Of a DNA stretch of 64,000 nt, positions 15,646 to 25,356 are shown piece after piece (the stretch's first letter is position 1; every line of letters begins with the position of its first letter). Source of the stretch: an uncultured Gemmatimonadales bacterium. GTDB taxonomy: Bacteria; Gemmatimonadota; Gemmatimonadetes; Gemmatimonadales; Gemmatimonadaceae. Position numbers and translations under genes: made by a program. The notes under the pieces were generated by a model that was not told the DNA's origin, did no database searches, and saw nothing but the letters and a program-made list of their open reading frames with translations. The stretch lies in assembly GCA_963851265.1 (NCBI GenBank), contig CAWKNZ010000002.1:288001-352000 (forward strand), read 5' to 3'.

Positions 15646-16437
15646 TCAGAGCAGGAGCAGCCCCGACCGCGCGGCGGTCACGACCGCCTCCGCGCGCGTG
15701 CCCGCGTGCAGCTTCGTGAACAGCGACGCGATGTGCGTCTTCACCGTGTGCTCGCTGATCCCGAGCCGGTAGGCGATCTGCTTGTTCGCCAGCCCCTCCG
15801 CCACGAGGCCGAGCACGTCGCGCTCGCGGGCGCTGAGCGGCCCGACCGCGGGCGCGGCGCCACCGTCGAGGCCGTTGGGCACCTCGTCCACGCCGAGCAC
15901 GCCGGCCGCGTCGTCGGCCGGGAAGACGACGAGCCCCGCCGCGACGGCCGCGACCGCCGCGGCGAGCGCCTCCGCCCGCACGCCGTTGGGCAGCACGGCC
16001 CGCGCGCCTGCGCGCACCGCGCCCGCCGCATCGCGCGGCGACAGGTCGGCGATCACGACGAGCGCCGGGGCCGACGCGGGCGCGTCGCCGTACACCCCGC
16101 TCCGCAGGTCGACGAGACCGGCGCCGAGCGTGGTCGCCACGTCCAGGGACGAGGCCGGCGCCCACACGAGCACGTGCGCGCCCGAGCCGGCGGCGCGCTC
16201 GAGCGGCGACAGCTCGCTCCTCGACAGCTCGCTCCTCGACAGCTCGCTCCTCGACAGCTCGCTCCTCGACAGCTCGCTCCTCGACAGGTCACTCCCGGTC
16301 AGCTCGCTCCGCGCATCCGTGCCGCCAGGGTCGAACGGCAGCGTGACGAGGACGACGCCGGGCGATTCGGCGAGCAGCGCGTCCAGCCCCGCCTGCACCA
16401 GGGGGGACGAGGCGAGCACCGCGACGCGCGTCGTCAT
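15646..16437 (-). CDS. LuxR/NarL-type regulator with degenerate receiver domain
   Basis: C-terminal LSARERDVL..GLANKQIA..LGISEHTVKTH HTH. Confidence 0.88.
   Translation of the reverse strand: MTTRVAVLASSPLVQAGLDALLAESPGVVLVTLPFDPGGTDARSELTGSDLSRSELSRSELSRSELSRSELSRSELSPLERAAGSGAHVLVWAPASSLDVATTLGAGLVDLRSGVYGDAPASAPALVVIADLSPRDAAGAVRAGARAVLPNGVRAEALAAAVAAVAAGLVVFPADDAAGVLGVDEVPNGLDGGAAPAVGPLSARERDVLGLVAEGLANKQIAYRLGISEHTVKTHIASLFTKLHAGTRAEAVVTAARSGLLLL
16207..16311. repeat. 15-bp tandem repeat CGACAGCTCGCTCCT x5 plus 2 degenerate copies
   Basis: Direct reading; encodes (SELSR)n in the regulator. Confidence 0.95.
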
Positions 16438-16453
16438 CTCACGGCGTACGCGG

Positions 16454-17155
16454 TCACGCGGCGTACCGCGTGGCGCCGTGCAGCGGACCGGTTGCGAGCA
16501 ACGCCTCGACTTCACGTATCGAGACGGCGACACCGAGCCCGCCCACGACCATCGTGTTGATGCCGACCACGCGGCCGCCCGCGTCGGCCAGCGGACCGCC
16601 GGAGTTGCCGGGCAGCAGGCGAACGTCGGCGCGGATGAGCGAGGCGCCCGCGCGCGCCCACGGCCCGCGGCCGCCCCGCGGGCCCGGCACGGACGGCGTC
16701 ACGGCGCCGTGCACGACGCCCACGGCGAGCGCGTTCGCGACGCCGAACGGGTGGCCGAACGCGAGCACGAGCTGGCCGGCGCGAAGTGCGGCCGGGTCGC
16801 CGAGCAGGGCGGGGGTGAAATCGTCGGCGTCGGCGAGAGGCACGTCGGCCTGCAGCAGCGCGAGGTCGCGACGCGGGTCGCGCGTGACGAGCCGGGCCGC
16901 CGCGCGCCGGCCGCTCGGCAGCACGATCGTGACGTGGTCGGTCCGTGCGACGTGTGCGTTGGTGACGATGAGGCCGTCGGCGCGCCAGACGACGCCCGAA
17001 CCGTGGCTGGCCACCGCCGCCGGGCCGCCACGCGGGCGGCCGCCGTCGCGACTGGCTGAGCGCTCGCCGACGAGCACCGCGACCGTGCACGCGCGCAGGC
17101 GTTCGGTGGCGGCGGCGAGGTCGCCGGCGAGGGCGGGCGTGTTGTTGAGGGGCAT
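16454..17155 (-). CDS. Trypsin-like S1C serine protease without PDZ
   Basis: IVTNAHV, DPRRDLALL, LPGNSGGPL triad motifs. Confidence 0.88.
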   Translation of the reverse strand: MPLNNTPALAGDLAAATERLRACTVAVLVGERSASRDGGRPRGGPAAVASHGSGVVWRADGLIVTNAHVARTDHVTIVLPSGRRAAARLVTRDPRRDLALLQADVPLADADDFTPALLGDPAALRAGQLVLAFGHPFGVANALAVGVVHGAVTPSVPGPRGGRGPWARAGASLIRADVRLLPGNSGGPLADAGGRVVGINTMVVGGLGVAVSIREVEALLATGPLHGATRYAA

Positions 17156-17181
17156 GGGGAAGGCCGGGAGGGGGTCGCGCG

Positions 17182-18084
17182 TCAGCGGCGCGCCGGCGCG
17201 TCGCCGACGGTGACCATGACGGTGCGCAACTCGCCCGCGCGCAGGACGCGCGCCTCGACCTGCTGCCCCACGGTGTCGCCGCTGAGCGCCGAGAGCACGT
17301 CGTCGACGTCGAGCGTGGGGCGGCTGCCGAGCGCGACGAGCACGTCGCCGAGCAGGAGGCCGCCCTGTTCGGCGGGCGCGCCGGGCTCGAGGGCCACCAG
17401 CATCAGGGCCGTCGCCTGGCCGCCGAGCTGCGCCTGCACCGCGTCGGGAAGCCGCACGGGCTGAGTGCCGATGCCGAGGTAGCCGCGACGCACGCGCCCG
17501 CCGGCGAGCAGTTGGTCGACGACGCGTTCGACGGTAGCCGCGGGCACCGTGACCGCGGCCGCGCGGGCGAGCGCCGACGAGTTGATGCCGAGCACGCGCC
17601 CCGAGGCGTCGGCGAGCGGGCCGCCCGAGAATCCGTCGTACACCGAGACGTCGAGCCGCACGAACTGGTCGATCTCGCCGCCGTGCCAGGTGCGCCAGGC
17701 CGGTCCCACCGCCGACACGACGCCGAGTGCGGCCGTGACCGCGTCGCCCGGCCGGCCGAGGGCGAGGGCGAGTTGGCCGACGTGGAGCGGCCCGGGGGCG
17801 ATCGTGGCCGGCGTGCCCGTCTCGCCGTCGAGGCGGAGCACGACCAGGTCCGTTCCCGGGTCGCGGCCGACGACCGCGGCGCGCGCGGTGGCCCCGCCCT
17901 CGAACGTGATGCGGACGTCGTCGTCCTTGTGCACCGTGTGGTGTGTGGCGACGACGACGCCGGGGCGCCAGAGGATGCCCGAGGCCGGGATGCGGCGGCG
18001 CGCGTGGACCGCGACGGTCGCGCGCCCTGCCGTTTCGGCGGCGGCGGCGAGGTCGGTCGAGAGAGTTTCGAGGAGTGTTGGCAT
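17182..18084 (-). CDS. S1C (HtrA-like) serine protease with PDZ domain
   Basis: ATHHTV, DPGTDLVVL, DGFSGGPL, GYLGI..PAEQGGLLLGDVL. Confidence 0.88.
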   Translation of the reverse strand: MPTLLETLSTDLAAAAETAGRATVAVHARRRIPASGILWRPGVVVATHHTVHKDDDVRITFEGGATARAAVVGRDPGTDLVVLRLDGETGTPATIAPGPLHVGQLALALGRPGDAVTAALGVVSAVGPAWRTWHGGEIDQFVRLDVSVYDGFSGGPLADASGRVLGINSSALARAAAVTVPAATVERVVDQLLAGGRVRRGYLGIGTQPVRLPDAVQAQLGGQATALMLVALEPGAPAEQGGLLLGDVLVALGSRPTLDVDDVLSALSGDTVGQQVEARVLRAGELRTVMVTVGDAPARR

Positions 18085-18169
18085 GACGTACGATCGGCCG
18101 CCCCCTCCCGCGCGGCCATCGGCCGAATGGGTGACCGGCGGGTCCGCCGTTCGGGTGGTAACGTTGAGC

Positions 18170-20071
18170 ATGACAGCCCCCGCCATTCCCGCCGCCGCGA
18201 CGGGCGCGCCCGCGCGCGGCCCCGCCTCGACGGACCCGAAGAAGAAGCCTGTCGACACGAAAGCCGCCTGGCGCGAGGCCCGCGCCCTCATGTGGCAGCA
18301 CCGCCGCGAACTCGGCGTCGGCGCCGCGCTGATGGTGGTGAGCCGCCTGGCCGGCTTCGTCCTCCCCCTCTCGTCGAAGTACCTCATCGACGACGTGATC
18401 ACCAAGGGGCGCCACAACCTGCTCTGGCCGATCGCGCTCGGCGCCACCCTCGCGACCGTGGTCCAGGCGGTCACCGGGTTCGCGCTCTCGCAGGTGATCT
18501 CGGTGGCCGCGCAGCGCGCCATCAGCGACATGCGCCGCCGCGTGCTCAACCACATCACGCGCCTGCCGGTGCGCTACTTCGACGAGCACCAGACGGGCGT
18601 GCTCATCTCGCGCGTGATGAACGACGCGGAAGGCATCCGCAACCTGGTCGGCACCGGGCTCGTGCAACTCGTCGGGGGCGTGTTCACCGCCGTGCTGGCG
18701 CTCGGCGTGCTCGTCTGGCTCAACTGGCTCATGACGCTCATCATCGTCGTCATCCTCGCGCTGTTCGCGTGGGGGATGGCGACCGCCTTCGGCCGGCTGC
18801 GCCCGATCTTCCGCGAGCGCGGGAAGATCACCGCCGAGGTCACGGGGCGGTTGAACGAGACGCTCGGCGGCATCCGCGTCGTGAAGGCGTACGGCACCGA
18901 GCGGCGCGAGCAGGCCGTGTTCGGCAAGGGCGTCAACCGGCTGTTCCGCAACATCGCCAGCAGCATCACCGGCGTGAGCGCGACCACCAGCGCGGGTACC
19001 GTGGTGGTGGGGCTCGTGGGGCTGCTCATCCTCGCCGTGGGCGGCCCGGCGGTGATCGCCGGGCGGATGACGTTGGGCGACCTGCTCTCGTACGTCTTCT
19101 TCGTGGGCCTGCTCGCCGTGCCCGTGATCTCGGTCGCCTCCATCGGCACGCAGATCTCCGAGGCGATCGCGGGGCTCGACCGCATCCGCGAAATCCTCGG
19201 CACGCCCACCGAGAACGAGGAGGACGCGCGTCGCGCGGCGCTCCCCGCGCTCCGCGGCGAGGTGCGCTTCGAGGACGTCTGGTTCGCCTACCGCGAGAAC
19301 GTGCCCGTGCTCAAAGGCGTCACCTTCGACGCGCCCGAGGGGAGCACGACCGCGCTCGTCGGCTCGAGCGGGAGCGGCAAGAGCACGCTCGTCTCGCTCG
19401 TCATGGCCTTCAACCGCCCCACGCGGGGGCGCATCCTCGTCGACGGCCGCGACCTCGACGGGGTGAAGCTCGCCGACTACCGGTCGAAGTTAGGCGTCGT
19501 GCTGCAGGACAACTTCCTCTTCGACGGCACGGTCGCCGAGAACATCAGCTTCTCGCGCCCGTCCGCCACGCGCGCCGAGGTCGAGGAGGTGGCGCGCCTG
19601 GCCAACTGCGACGACTTCGTGCGCGGCTTCCCCGAGGGGTACGATACCGTCGTCGGCGAGCGCGGGGTCAAGCTGTCGGGCGGGCAGCGGCAGCGCATCG
19701 CCATCGCGCGCGCGCTGCTCGCCGACCCGCGCGTGCTCATCCTCGACGAGGCCACCTCGTCGCTCGACTCCGAGAGCGAGGCGCTCATCCAGGAGGCGCT
19801 CGCGCGACTCCGCGGCGGGCGCACGACGTTCGTCATCGCCCACCGCCTCTCCACCATCCGCTCGGCCGACCAGATCCTCGTGCTCGAGCACGGGGCCGTG
19901 GTCGAGCGCGGCACGCACGCCGAACTCATGGCGTTGGGCGGGCGCTACCGTGCGCTCCACGACCGGCAGTACGCGTGGGAGGAGAACCGCTTCACGAACC
20001 CCGGCGAAGATTTCACGACGCCGGCCGCGGCGGCGTCGCCCACGGTCGCGCGCCCCGTGGCGGCGCGGTAG
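18170..20071 (+). CDS. ABC exporter, fused permease/ATPase (MsbA-like)
   Basis: 6-TM domain, GSSGSGKST, LSGGQRQR, LILDEATS, IAHRLST. Confidence 0.95.
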   Translation: MTAPAIPAAATGAPARGPASTDPKKKPVDTKAAWREARALMWQHRRELGVGAALMVVSRLAGFVLPLSSKYLIDDVITKGRHNLLWPIALGATLATVVQAVTGFALSQVISVAAQRAISDMRRRVLNHITRLPVRYFDEHQTGVLISRVMNDAEGIRNLVGTGLVQLVGGVFTAVLALGVLVWLNWLMTLIIVVILALFAWGMATAFGRLRPIFRERGKITAEVTGRLNETLGGIRVVKAYGTERREQAVFGKGVNRLFRNIASSITGVSATTSAGTVVVGLVGLLILAVGGPAVIAGRMTLGDLLSYVFFVGLLAVPVISVASIGTQISEAIAGLDRIREILGTPTENEEDARRAALPALRGEVRFEDVWFAYRENVPVLKGVTFDAPEGSTTALVGSSGSGKSTLVSLVMAFNRPTRGRILVDGRDLDGVKLADYRSKLGVVLQDNFLFDGTVAENISFSRPSATRAEVEEVARLANCDDFVRGFPEGYDTVVGERGVKLSGGQRQRIAIARALLADPRVLILDEATSSLDSESEALIQEALARLRGGRTTFVIAHRLSTIRSADQILVLEHGAVVERGTHAELMALGGRYRALHDRQYAWEENRFTNPGEDFTTPAAAASPTVARPVAAR

Positions 20072-20151
20072 TCTACGCGCGGTCAGCGCCCGCGCGGCCG
20101 CCCCACCGCCGCCGCGGGGCCCCACACGTCGGCGCGGGAGACAGGCAGGGC

Positions 20152-21294
20152 ATGCAGCACGATCTGAAGCAGCGCATCACGAGGACCGCCGTCGCGCGCG
20201 TCGCGACGGCGTGGGCAGTCACATCGTTCGCGGCGGCGTGCGCCGGCGGCGGCGGGAGCGGCGGAGCCGGGACCATCACCACGCCGCCGCCGACCCCGAC
20301 GGGCCCGACCGCGTCGCAGTACGTCAACCCCGTACTCAACGCCGACTTCCCCGACCCGGGAATCGTCAAGGGGGCCGACGGCGCGTACTACGCCTACGCC
20401 ACGCAGACCACCGGCATCCACATCCAGGTCGCGCGCTCGACCGACCTCGTCTCGTGGACCAGCCCGGCGGAGGCGCTGCCGACCAAGCCCGCGTGGGCGA
20501 GCCAGTCCCAGAACTTCTGGGCGCCCGACGTCGAACTGCGCGAGAACGGCACGTACGTGATGTACTTCTCCGCGGAGATCGACGCCGGCAAGCGTCTCAA
20601 CGCGGGCGACGACTTCTGCATCGGCATGGCCACGTCGACCAGCCCCGCCGGGCCGTTCGCCGACGTTGGGCACCCCGTCGTCTGCGGCCCGCAGGCGTCG
20701 ACCATCGACCCGCAGGGCTTCGACGACCCGCAATCCGGCAAGCGTTACCTGCTGTGGGGCTCGGGCGGCTACCCCATTCAGATCCAGGAGCTGTCGGCCA
20801 CCGACCGCTCGACGTTCGCCGTCGGCTCCTCCGCCGCCCCGGTGGTGTCGGCGCGCCCCGGCCAGACGTACGAGCACCTCGTGGAGGCGCCGTGGATGAC
20901 CTACCACGCGCCCTACTACTACCTCTTCTACTCCGGCGGTAACTGCTGCGCGCAGTTCGGGCCCGTGGCCTACGCGGTGATGGCGGCGCGAGCGCCGAGC
21001 CCGACCGGGCCGTTCGAATTCCTGCGCGCCTCGGCCGACGGCCCCGCGACGCCGGTGCTCCAGGCCAGCGGCGCGTGGCTCGGGCCGGGGCACAACTCGG
21101 TGATCACGGTCAACGGCGCCGACTGGATGGTCTACCACGCGGTCGACGTGACCAACCCCACCATCCCCGGCACCAACGCGTCGCGCCGCGCGCTGCTCAT
21201 CGACCGCGTCACCTACCCGGCCGGCGGGTGGCCGAGTGTCGGGACCACGGGCACGCCGACCAACACCCCCCAGACCCGGCCCACGGCCCCGTAG
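20152..21294 (+). CDS. Glycoside hydrolase family 43 lipoprotein (arabinanase/xylosidase-like)
   Basis: FAAAC lipobox; DFPDP, WAPDV, IDP, VEAP, GPGHNS. Confidence 0.9.
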   Translation: MQHDLKQRITRTAVARVATAWAVTSFAAACAGGGGSGGAGTITTPPPTPTGPTASQYVNPVLNADFPDPGIVKGADGAYYAYATQTTGIHIQVARSTDLVSWTSPAEALPTKPAWASQSQNFWAPDVELRENGTYVMYFSAEIDAGKRLNAGDDFCIGMATSTSPAGPFADVGHPVVCGPQASTIDPQGFDDPQSGKRYLLWGSGGYPIQIQELSATDRSTFAVGSSAAPVVSARPGQTYEHLVEAPWMTYHAPYYYLFYSGGNCCAQFGPVAYAVMAARAPSPTGPFEFLRASADGPATPVLQASGAWLGPGHNSVITVNGADWMVYHAVDVTNPTIPGTNASRRALLIDRVTYPAGGWPSVGTTGTPTNTPQTRPTAP

Positions 21295-21331
21295 GCGGCC
21301 GGGGAGCGCGCACCGGATCCGCAGCCGCCCG

Positions 21332-21904
21332 ATGCCGCTGCCGTTAGGCGGGCGCGTCGTCCTGCGCGCGCCGGCGCCCGACGACGCCCCCGCCTTTCTC
21401 GCGCTCGTCCAGGCGAGCGTGGCGCTGCACCACCCGTGGGTCGTCGCGCCCGACACGCCGTCCGCGTTCCGCGCCTACCTCGAGCGCGCGGCGCGCGAGC
21501 ACGACCCCTTGCCGGGGCACGTCTGCCGCCTCGTGTGCCGCGCCGACGGCGGCGCGCTCGTCGGCGCGGCCAACCTCAACAACGTCGTCTGGGGCGGGTT
21601 CCGCTGCGCGTCGCTCGGCTACTACGCGTTCGAGCCCTGGGCCGGCCGCGGCTACATGCGCGCGGGCGTGACGCAGCTTCTCACCGACGCATTCCGGCGC
21701 GTCGGGCTGCACCGGGTCGAGGCGGCCGTGCAGCCGGGCAACGCGCGCTCCCGCGCGCTGCTCCGCGCGCTCGGATTCCGCCACGAGGGCGATTCGCCGC
21801 GCTACCTGCTGCTGGCCGGCCGGTGGCGCGACCACGAGCGCTGGGCGATCACCGCCGAGGAGTGGCGCCCGCGGCGCACGTTCCGGCGCCCCCCGGCCGA
21901 GTAG
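21332..21904 (+). CDS. GNAT N-acetyltransferase (RimJ/RimL-like)
   Basis: LGYY...GRGYM, LHRVEAAVQPGNARS, GF..EG, GRWRDHERWA. Confidence 0.9.
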   Translation: MPLPLGGRVVLRAPAPDDAPAFLALVQASVALHHPWVVAPDTPSAFRAYLERAAREHDPLPGHVCRLVCRADGGALVGAANLNNVVWGGFRCASLGYYAFEPWAGRGYMRAGVTQLLTDAFRRVGLHRVEAAVQPGNARSRALLRALGFRHEGDSPRYLLLAGRWRDHERWAITAEEWRPRRTFRRPPAE

Positions 21905-21940
21905 CGGCCCGCCGAGTAGCGGCCCGCCGAGTGGCGGCCC
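21896..21940. repeat. 15-bp tandem repeat GCCGAGTAGCGGCCC x3 spanning the GNAT stop codon
   Basis: Direct reading; third copy has one mismatch. Confidence 0.9.
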
Positions 21941-21967
21941 CTTGAGCGCCGTGCGTATACTCGGCAC

Positions 21968-22465
21968 ATGAGCGAGCCCGACTTCGTGCCGCGTCGGATG
22001 ACGTTCGACGAGTACCTCCGGTTCGAGATGGCGTCTGACGAGCGCCACGAGTTCATCGACGGCGTGGTGTACGGGATGACGGGGGCGGCGCTGCCGCACA
22101 GCCGCATCGCCGGCAACATCTACGCGCGGCTCTGGGCCGCGGCCGGCGACGGTCCGTGCCACCTGTACGTAGAAGGCGCGAAACTCCGCGTCGGCGACGA
22201 CGTGTTCTACCCCGACGTGATGATCGTCTGCGACCCGGCCGGGGAGGACGACGCGATGGCCTACGCGCCGTGCCTGCTGACCGAAGTCCTCTCGTCGAGC
22301 ACCGCGCGGCGGGACCGCACGCCGAAGCTGACGAAATACCGGGCCATCCCGTCGCTGCGGGCCTACCTCGTCGTGAGCCGCCACGCCCGGCACGTCGAGC
22401 GGCACTGGCGCGATGCGGCCGCCGCGCCGTGGCAGCGCGAGGCTCCGGTCTCGACGCCCGGCTGA
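21968..22465 (+). CDS. Uma2 (DUF820) family endonuclease-fold protein, possibly C-terminally truncated
   Basis: RHEFIDG, YPDVMIVC, EVLSSST..RDR..K..KY..IPSL. Confidence 0.85.
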   Translation: MSEPDFVPRRMTFDEYLRFEMASDERHEFIDGVVYGMTGAALPHSRIAGNIYARLWAAAGDGPCHLYVEGAKLRVGDDVFYPDVMIVCDPAGEDDAMAYAPCLLTEVLSSSTARRDRTPKLTKYRAIPSLRAYLVVSRHARHVERHWRDAAAAPWQREAPVSTPG

Positions 22466-22482
22466 TCCGTCCGGGCGACGTC

Positions 22483-23184
22483 GTGGACGACACCAGCCGC
22501 CTGGACCCTGCCCTCCGCGAGGCGCGGCGCCTGCTCCTCCTCTCCAACTCGCGCGACGCCGAGGGGCGCTACCTCGTGCACGCCCGCGACGCGCTCGCCG
22601 CGCACCTGGAGGGCGCGCGCGAGGTCGCCTTCGTCCCCTACGCCGGGGTCACGGTCGACTGGGACGCGTACGCGGCGCGGGCGGCCGACGCCCTCGCGCC
22701 GTTAGGCGTCGCGGTCCGGGGCGTGCACGCCGACGCGGACCCCGGGGCGGTGCTGTCCGGCTGCGGCGCGGTCGCGGTCGGCGGCGGCAACACGTTCCAC
22801 CTGCTCGCCCACCTGCAGCGCCGCGGACTGCTCGCGGTGCTCCGCGCGCGCGCGGCGGCCGGGGTCCCGTACGTGGGGTGGAGCGCGGGCTCGGTGGTCG
22901 CCTGCCCGACGATCCGCACGACCAACGACATGCCGATCGTCGAGCCGCCGGGAGGGCTGGAGGCGTTAGGACTGTTCGGCGCGCAGATCAACGCGCACTT
23001 CACCGACGAGCACCCGGCCGGCTTCCAGGGCGAGACCCGCCGCCAGCGCCTCGACGAGTTCGTCGTCGCGAACCCGGGCGTGACGGTGATCGGACTGCCG
23101 GAAGGGAGCTGGCTCGAGGTGGAGGGAAGAGACGTACGCGTCGGCGGCCCGCACGAGGTGGTGAGATTCGGGGGGAGCGCGTGA
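22483..23184 (+). CDS. pepE: Dipeptidase E (S51)
   Basis: LLLLSNS, VGGGNTFHLL, GWSAGS, PTIRTTNDMPIV, GETRRQRLDEF. Confidence 0.93.
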   Translation: MDDTSRLDPALREARRLLLLSNSRDAEGRYLVHARDALAAHLEGAREVAFVPYAGVTVDWDAYAARAADALAPLGVAVRGVHADADPGAVLSGCGAVAVGGGNTFHLLAHLQRRGLLAVLRARAAAGVPYVGWSAGSVVACPTIRTTNDMPIVEPPGGLEALGLFGAQINAHFTDEHPAGFQGETRRQRLDEFVVANPGVTVIGLPEGSWLEVEGRDVRVGGPHEVVRFGGSA

Positions 23185-23272
23185 TCGGTGCCCCGGGGAC
23201 GCGTGGGGCGACGACCGCCCATCGCCGTACCACCCCCGGCGCGTGAGTCGGGACACGCCACGCGGGGACCTC

Positions 23273-23620
23273 ATGCCCACCTCCTACGCGTCCATCTACC
23301 GGCTCGTCCGCCGCATTCCCCCCGGCCTGGTCGCCACCTACGGCCAGATCGCGTGGCTGGCCAAACTCCCCGGCCACGCCCGCCTCGTCGGCTACGCCAT
23401 GCACGCCGCCGCCGAGGGCGACGACGTCCCGTGGCACCGCGTCGTCAACGCCCAGGGCCGCATCAGTGCCCGCAGCGACGGCCCCGGCGCGAGCGTGCTC
23501 CAGCGCCTCCGCCTCGAACGCGAGGGCGTCGTCTTCGACGGCTCGGGCCGCGTCTCGCTCGAGCGCTACCGCTGGTCCCCTCCCGCCTGGCGCGCGCGTT
23601 CGCGCCGCCCCGCGGACTAA
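23273..23620 (+). CDS. Alkyltransferase-like (ATL/YbaZ) MGMT-family DNA-binding protein
   Basis: IPPGLVATYGQIA, ARLVG, PWHRVVN (Trp in place of the active Cys). Confidence 0.88.
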   Translation: MPTSYASIYRLVRRIPPGLVATYGQIAWLAKLPGHARLVGYAMHAAAEGDDVPWHRVVNAQGRISARSDGPGASVLQRLRLEREGVVFDGSGRVSLERYRWSPPAWRARSRRPAD

Positions 23621-23638
23621 CGCCGGGGCCGATCGGCG

Positions 23639-24034
23639 CTACGCCTCGTGCCGCCCCTGCTCGCGCTCCACCGCCGAACGCGGCGGGACGCGCCGGTTGT
23701 CGGCGTCGACGAACACCACGACCGGCGAGAACTCGGCGCCGATCTCCTCGGGCCCGTACTCGCCGTAGCTGATCACGATGACGAGGTCGCCCGGCATGCC
23801 GAGCCGCGCCGCCGCGCCGTTCAGTTGCATCGTGCCGCTCGCGCGCGCGCCTTCGATCACGTACGTCTCGAGGCGCGCGCCGGTGTTCACGTTGACCACC
23901 TGCACCTTCTCGAACGGGAGCAGGTCGGCCGCGTCCATCAGGTCGCGGTCCACGGTCAGACTGCCTTCGTAGTGAAGATCCGCCCCCGTGAGGGTCGCGC
24001 GGTGGATCTTGGATTTGCACAGTGTCCGGCGCAT
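23639..24034 (-). CDS. panD: Aspartate 1-decarboxylase
   Basis: [14 protein letters not shown] cleavage site, RLETYVI, NGAAARL. Confidence 0.96.
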   Translation of the reverse strand: MRRTLCKSKIHRATLTGADLHYEGSLTVDRDLMDAADLLPFEKVQVVNVNTGARLETYVIEGARASGTMQLNGAAARLGMPGDLVIVISYGEYGPEEIGAEFSPVVVFVDADNRRVPPRSAVEREQGRHEA

Positions 24035-24068
24035 CCCGAAAGGTAGGCAGCCCGCCCACCGGCCTCCG

Positions 24069-24350
24069 TCACACGGCGTCGAGTTGCGCCTCCGGCACGC
24101 GGATCTCGCCGCCCTCGACCGCGACCACGTACTCCACCGCCGGCGCGACGCGCGCCAGCAGCAGCACGCGCCCCGCGCGGCCCGCGTGTGCCCCGTCCGT
24201 CACGCGCACCGCGTCGTGCAGCCCGAAGCGCACCCCCGGCAGCGTCTCGCCGGCGAGCCACCGGTCGCCGAGCCCGGGCGCGCGGCGTCCCACCTCGACC
24301 GGCGGTCGCCCACCTGGCGCCCGCTCACCCGGCGGCCGCTCACCCGCCAC
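24069..24350 (-). CDS. Small hypothetical protein (SH3/KOW-like beta pattern)
   Basis: Fits operon between PhzF-family gene and pan[16 protein letters not shown]. Confidence 0.5.
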   Translation of the reverse strand: MAGERPPGERAPGGRPPVEVGRRAPGLGDRWLAGETLPGVRFGLHDAVRVTDGAHAGRAGRVLLLARVAPAVEYVVAVEGGEIRVPEAQLDAV

Positions 24351-25356
24351 GTCCGGTGCCCCGCAGCCGGATCGTCCCCTCGCACACGACCACCGAGTTC
24401 CCGCCCACGCGCACCGCCGTTACCCGCCCGCCGTCGTCCTTGTCGACGCGCACCTCGAGCCGGCTCGGCCGCCCCATCTCGACGCCCTGCGCGACGCACC
24501 ACGCCAGCGTCCCGCCCCCCGGCGCCCGCGACGCGAGGTAGCCGCCTAACGCCGCGCACGCCGAGCCCGTCGCCGGGTCCTCGGGCACCGCGAGGTCCGG
24601 GACGAACACCCGCGCGTGCACCGCCTGCGACCCGCCCGCGAACCCGTCCGCACCCTCGGGCGCGTCGAGCGCGAACACCAGCACGCCCTCGCTCTCGAAC
24701 TCGCGCGCCCCGTCGTGCGGGTCGCGCCCCGAGTTCGCCACCGGGAACGCCGCCTTCCACGCCTCCGCCCGCACGTGCGCGCGCGCGACCGCGGCCCGGT
24801 CCTTCACCGGCACGATCGTGAAGGGCAGCCCGCACGACCCGATGCTGGGCGCGTACGCGCCGCCGAGCAGCTCGTCTTCCCCGATGCCCAACGCCGCGGC
24901 GAGCAGCGCGGGTGCCGGGGCCGGGTGCTCCTCGGGCAGCCGGGCGACGCTGAGCTCGGCGAACGCCGGCTCGAGCCCGCCCAGCTCCGCCGACCCGCCC
25001 TCGCCGAGGTCCACGCGCACGCGCACGTCGCCCACCCCCTCCTCCAACACCACCGTCGTCTCGCGCGCGACGGTGCGCAGCGCGCCCACGGCGAACAGCA
25101 CGTGCGCCGTGCCGACGGTCGGATGCCCCGCGAACGGGATCTCCGCCGCCGGCGTGAAGATCCGCACGCGCGCCGCACCCCCGCGCTCCGGCGGCAGCAC
25201 GAACGTCGTCTCCGAGTAGTTGAACTCGCGCGTCACCGCGAGCATCTCCTCGTCCGTCATGCCCCCGGCGTCGAGCACCACCGCGAGCGGGTTGCCGCCG
25301 AACTGGCGGTCGGTGAACACGTCCGCGGTGACGTAGCGGAACGCGCGCGCGGCCAT
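24340..25356 (-). CDS. PhzF family epimerase/isomerase
   Basis: DVFT..FGGNPLAV, SETTF, RIFTP..EIPFAGHPTVG, EDPATGSA, QGVEMGRPS. Confidence 0.93.
   Translation of the reverse strand: MAARAFRYVTADVFTDRQFGGNPLAVVLDAGGMTDEEMLAVTREFNYSETTFVLPPERGGAARVRIFTPAAEIPFAGHPTVGTAHVLFAVGALRTVARETTVVLEEGVGDVRVRVDLGEGGSAELGGLEPAFAELSVARLPEEHPAPAPALLAAALGIGEDELLGGAYAPSIGSCGLPFTIVPVKDRAAVARAHVRAEAWKAAFPVANSGRDPHDGAREFESEGVLVFALDAPEGADGFAGGSQAVHARVFVPDLAVPEDPATGSACAALGGYLASRAPGGGTLAWCVAQGVEMGRPSRLEVRVDKDDGGRVTAVRVGGNSVVVCEGTIRLRGTGRGG

Noticed and set aside
16207..16311. Possible CRISPR array
   Set aside because: Contiguous 15-bp units with no spacers, in-frame in a CDS, no cas genes
21968..22465. Restriction/defence island around Uma2 (and DUF429)
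   Set aside because: Both are isolated among housekeeping genes with no methyltransferase or other defence genes adjacent
23273..23620. Active O6-methylguanine methyltransferase (ogt)
   Set aside because: PWHR rather than PCHR; this is the known non-catalytic ATL class
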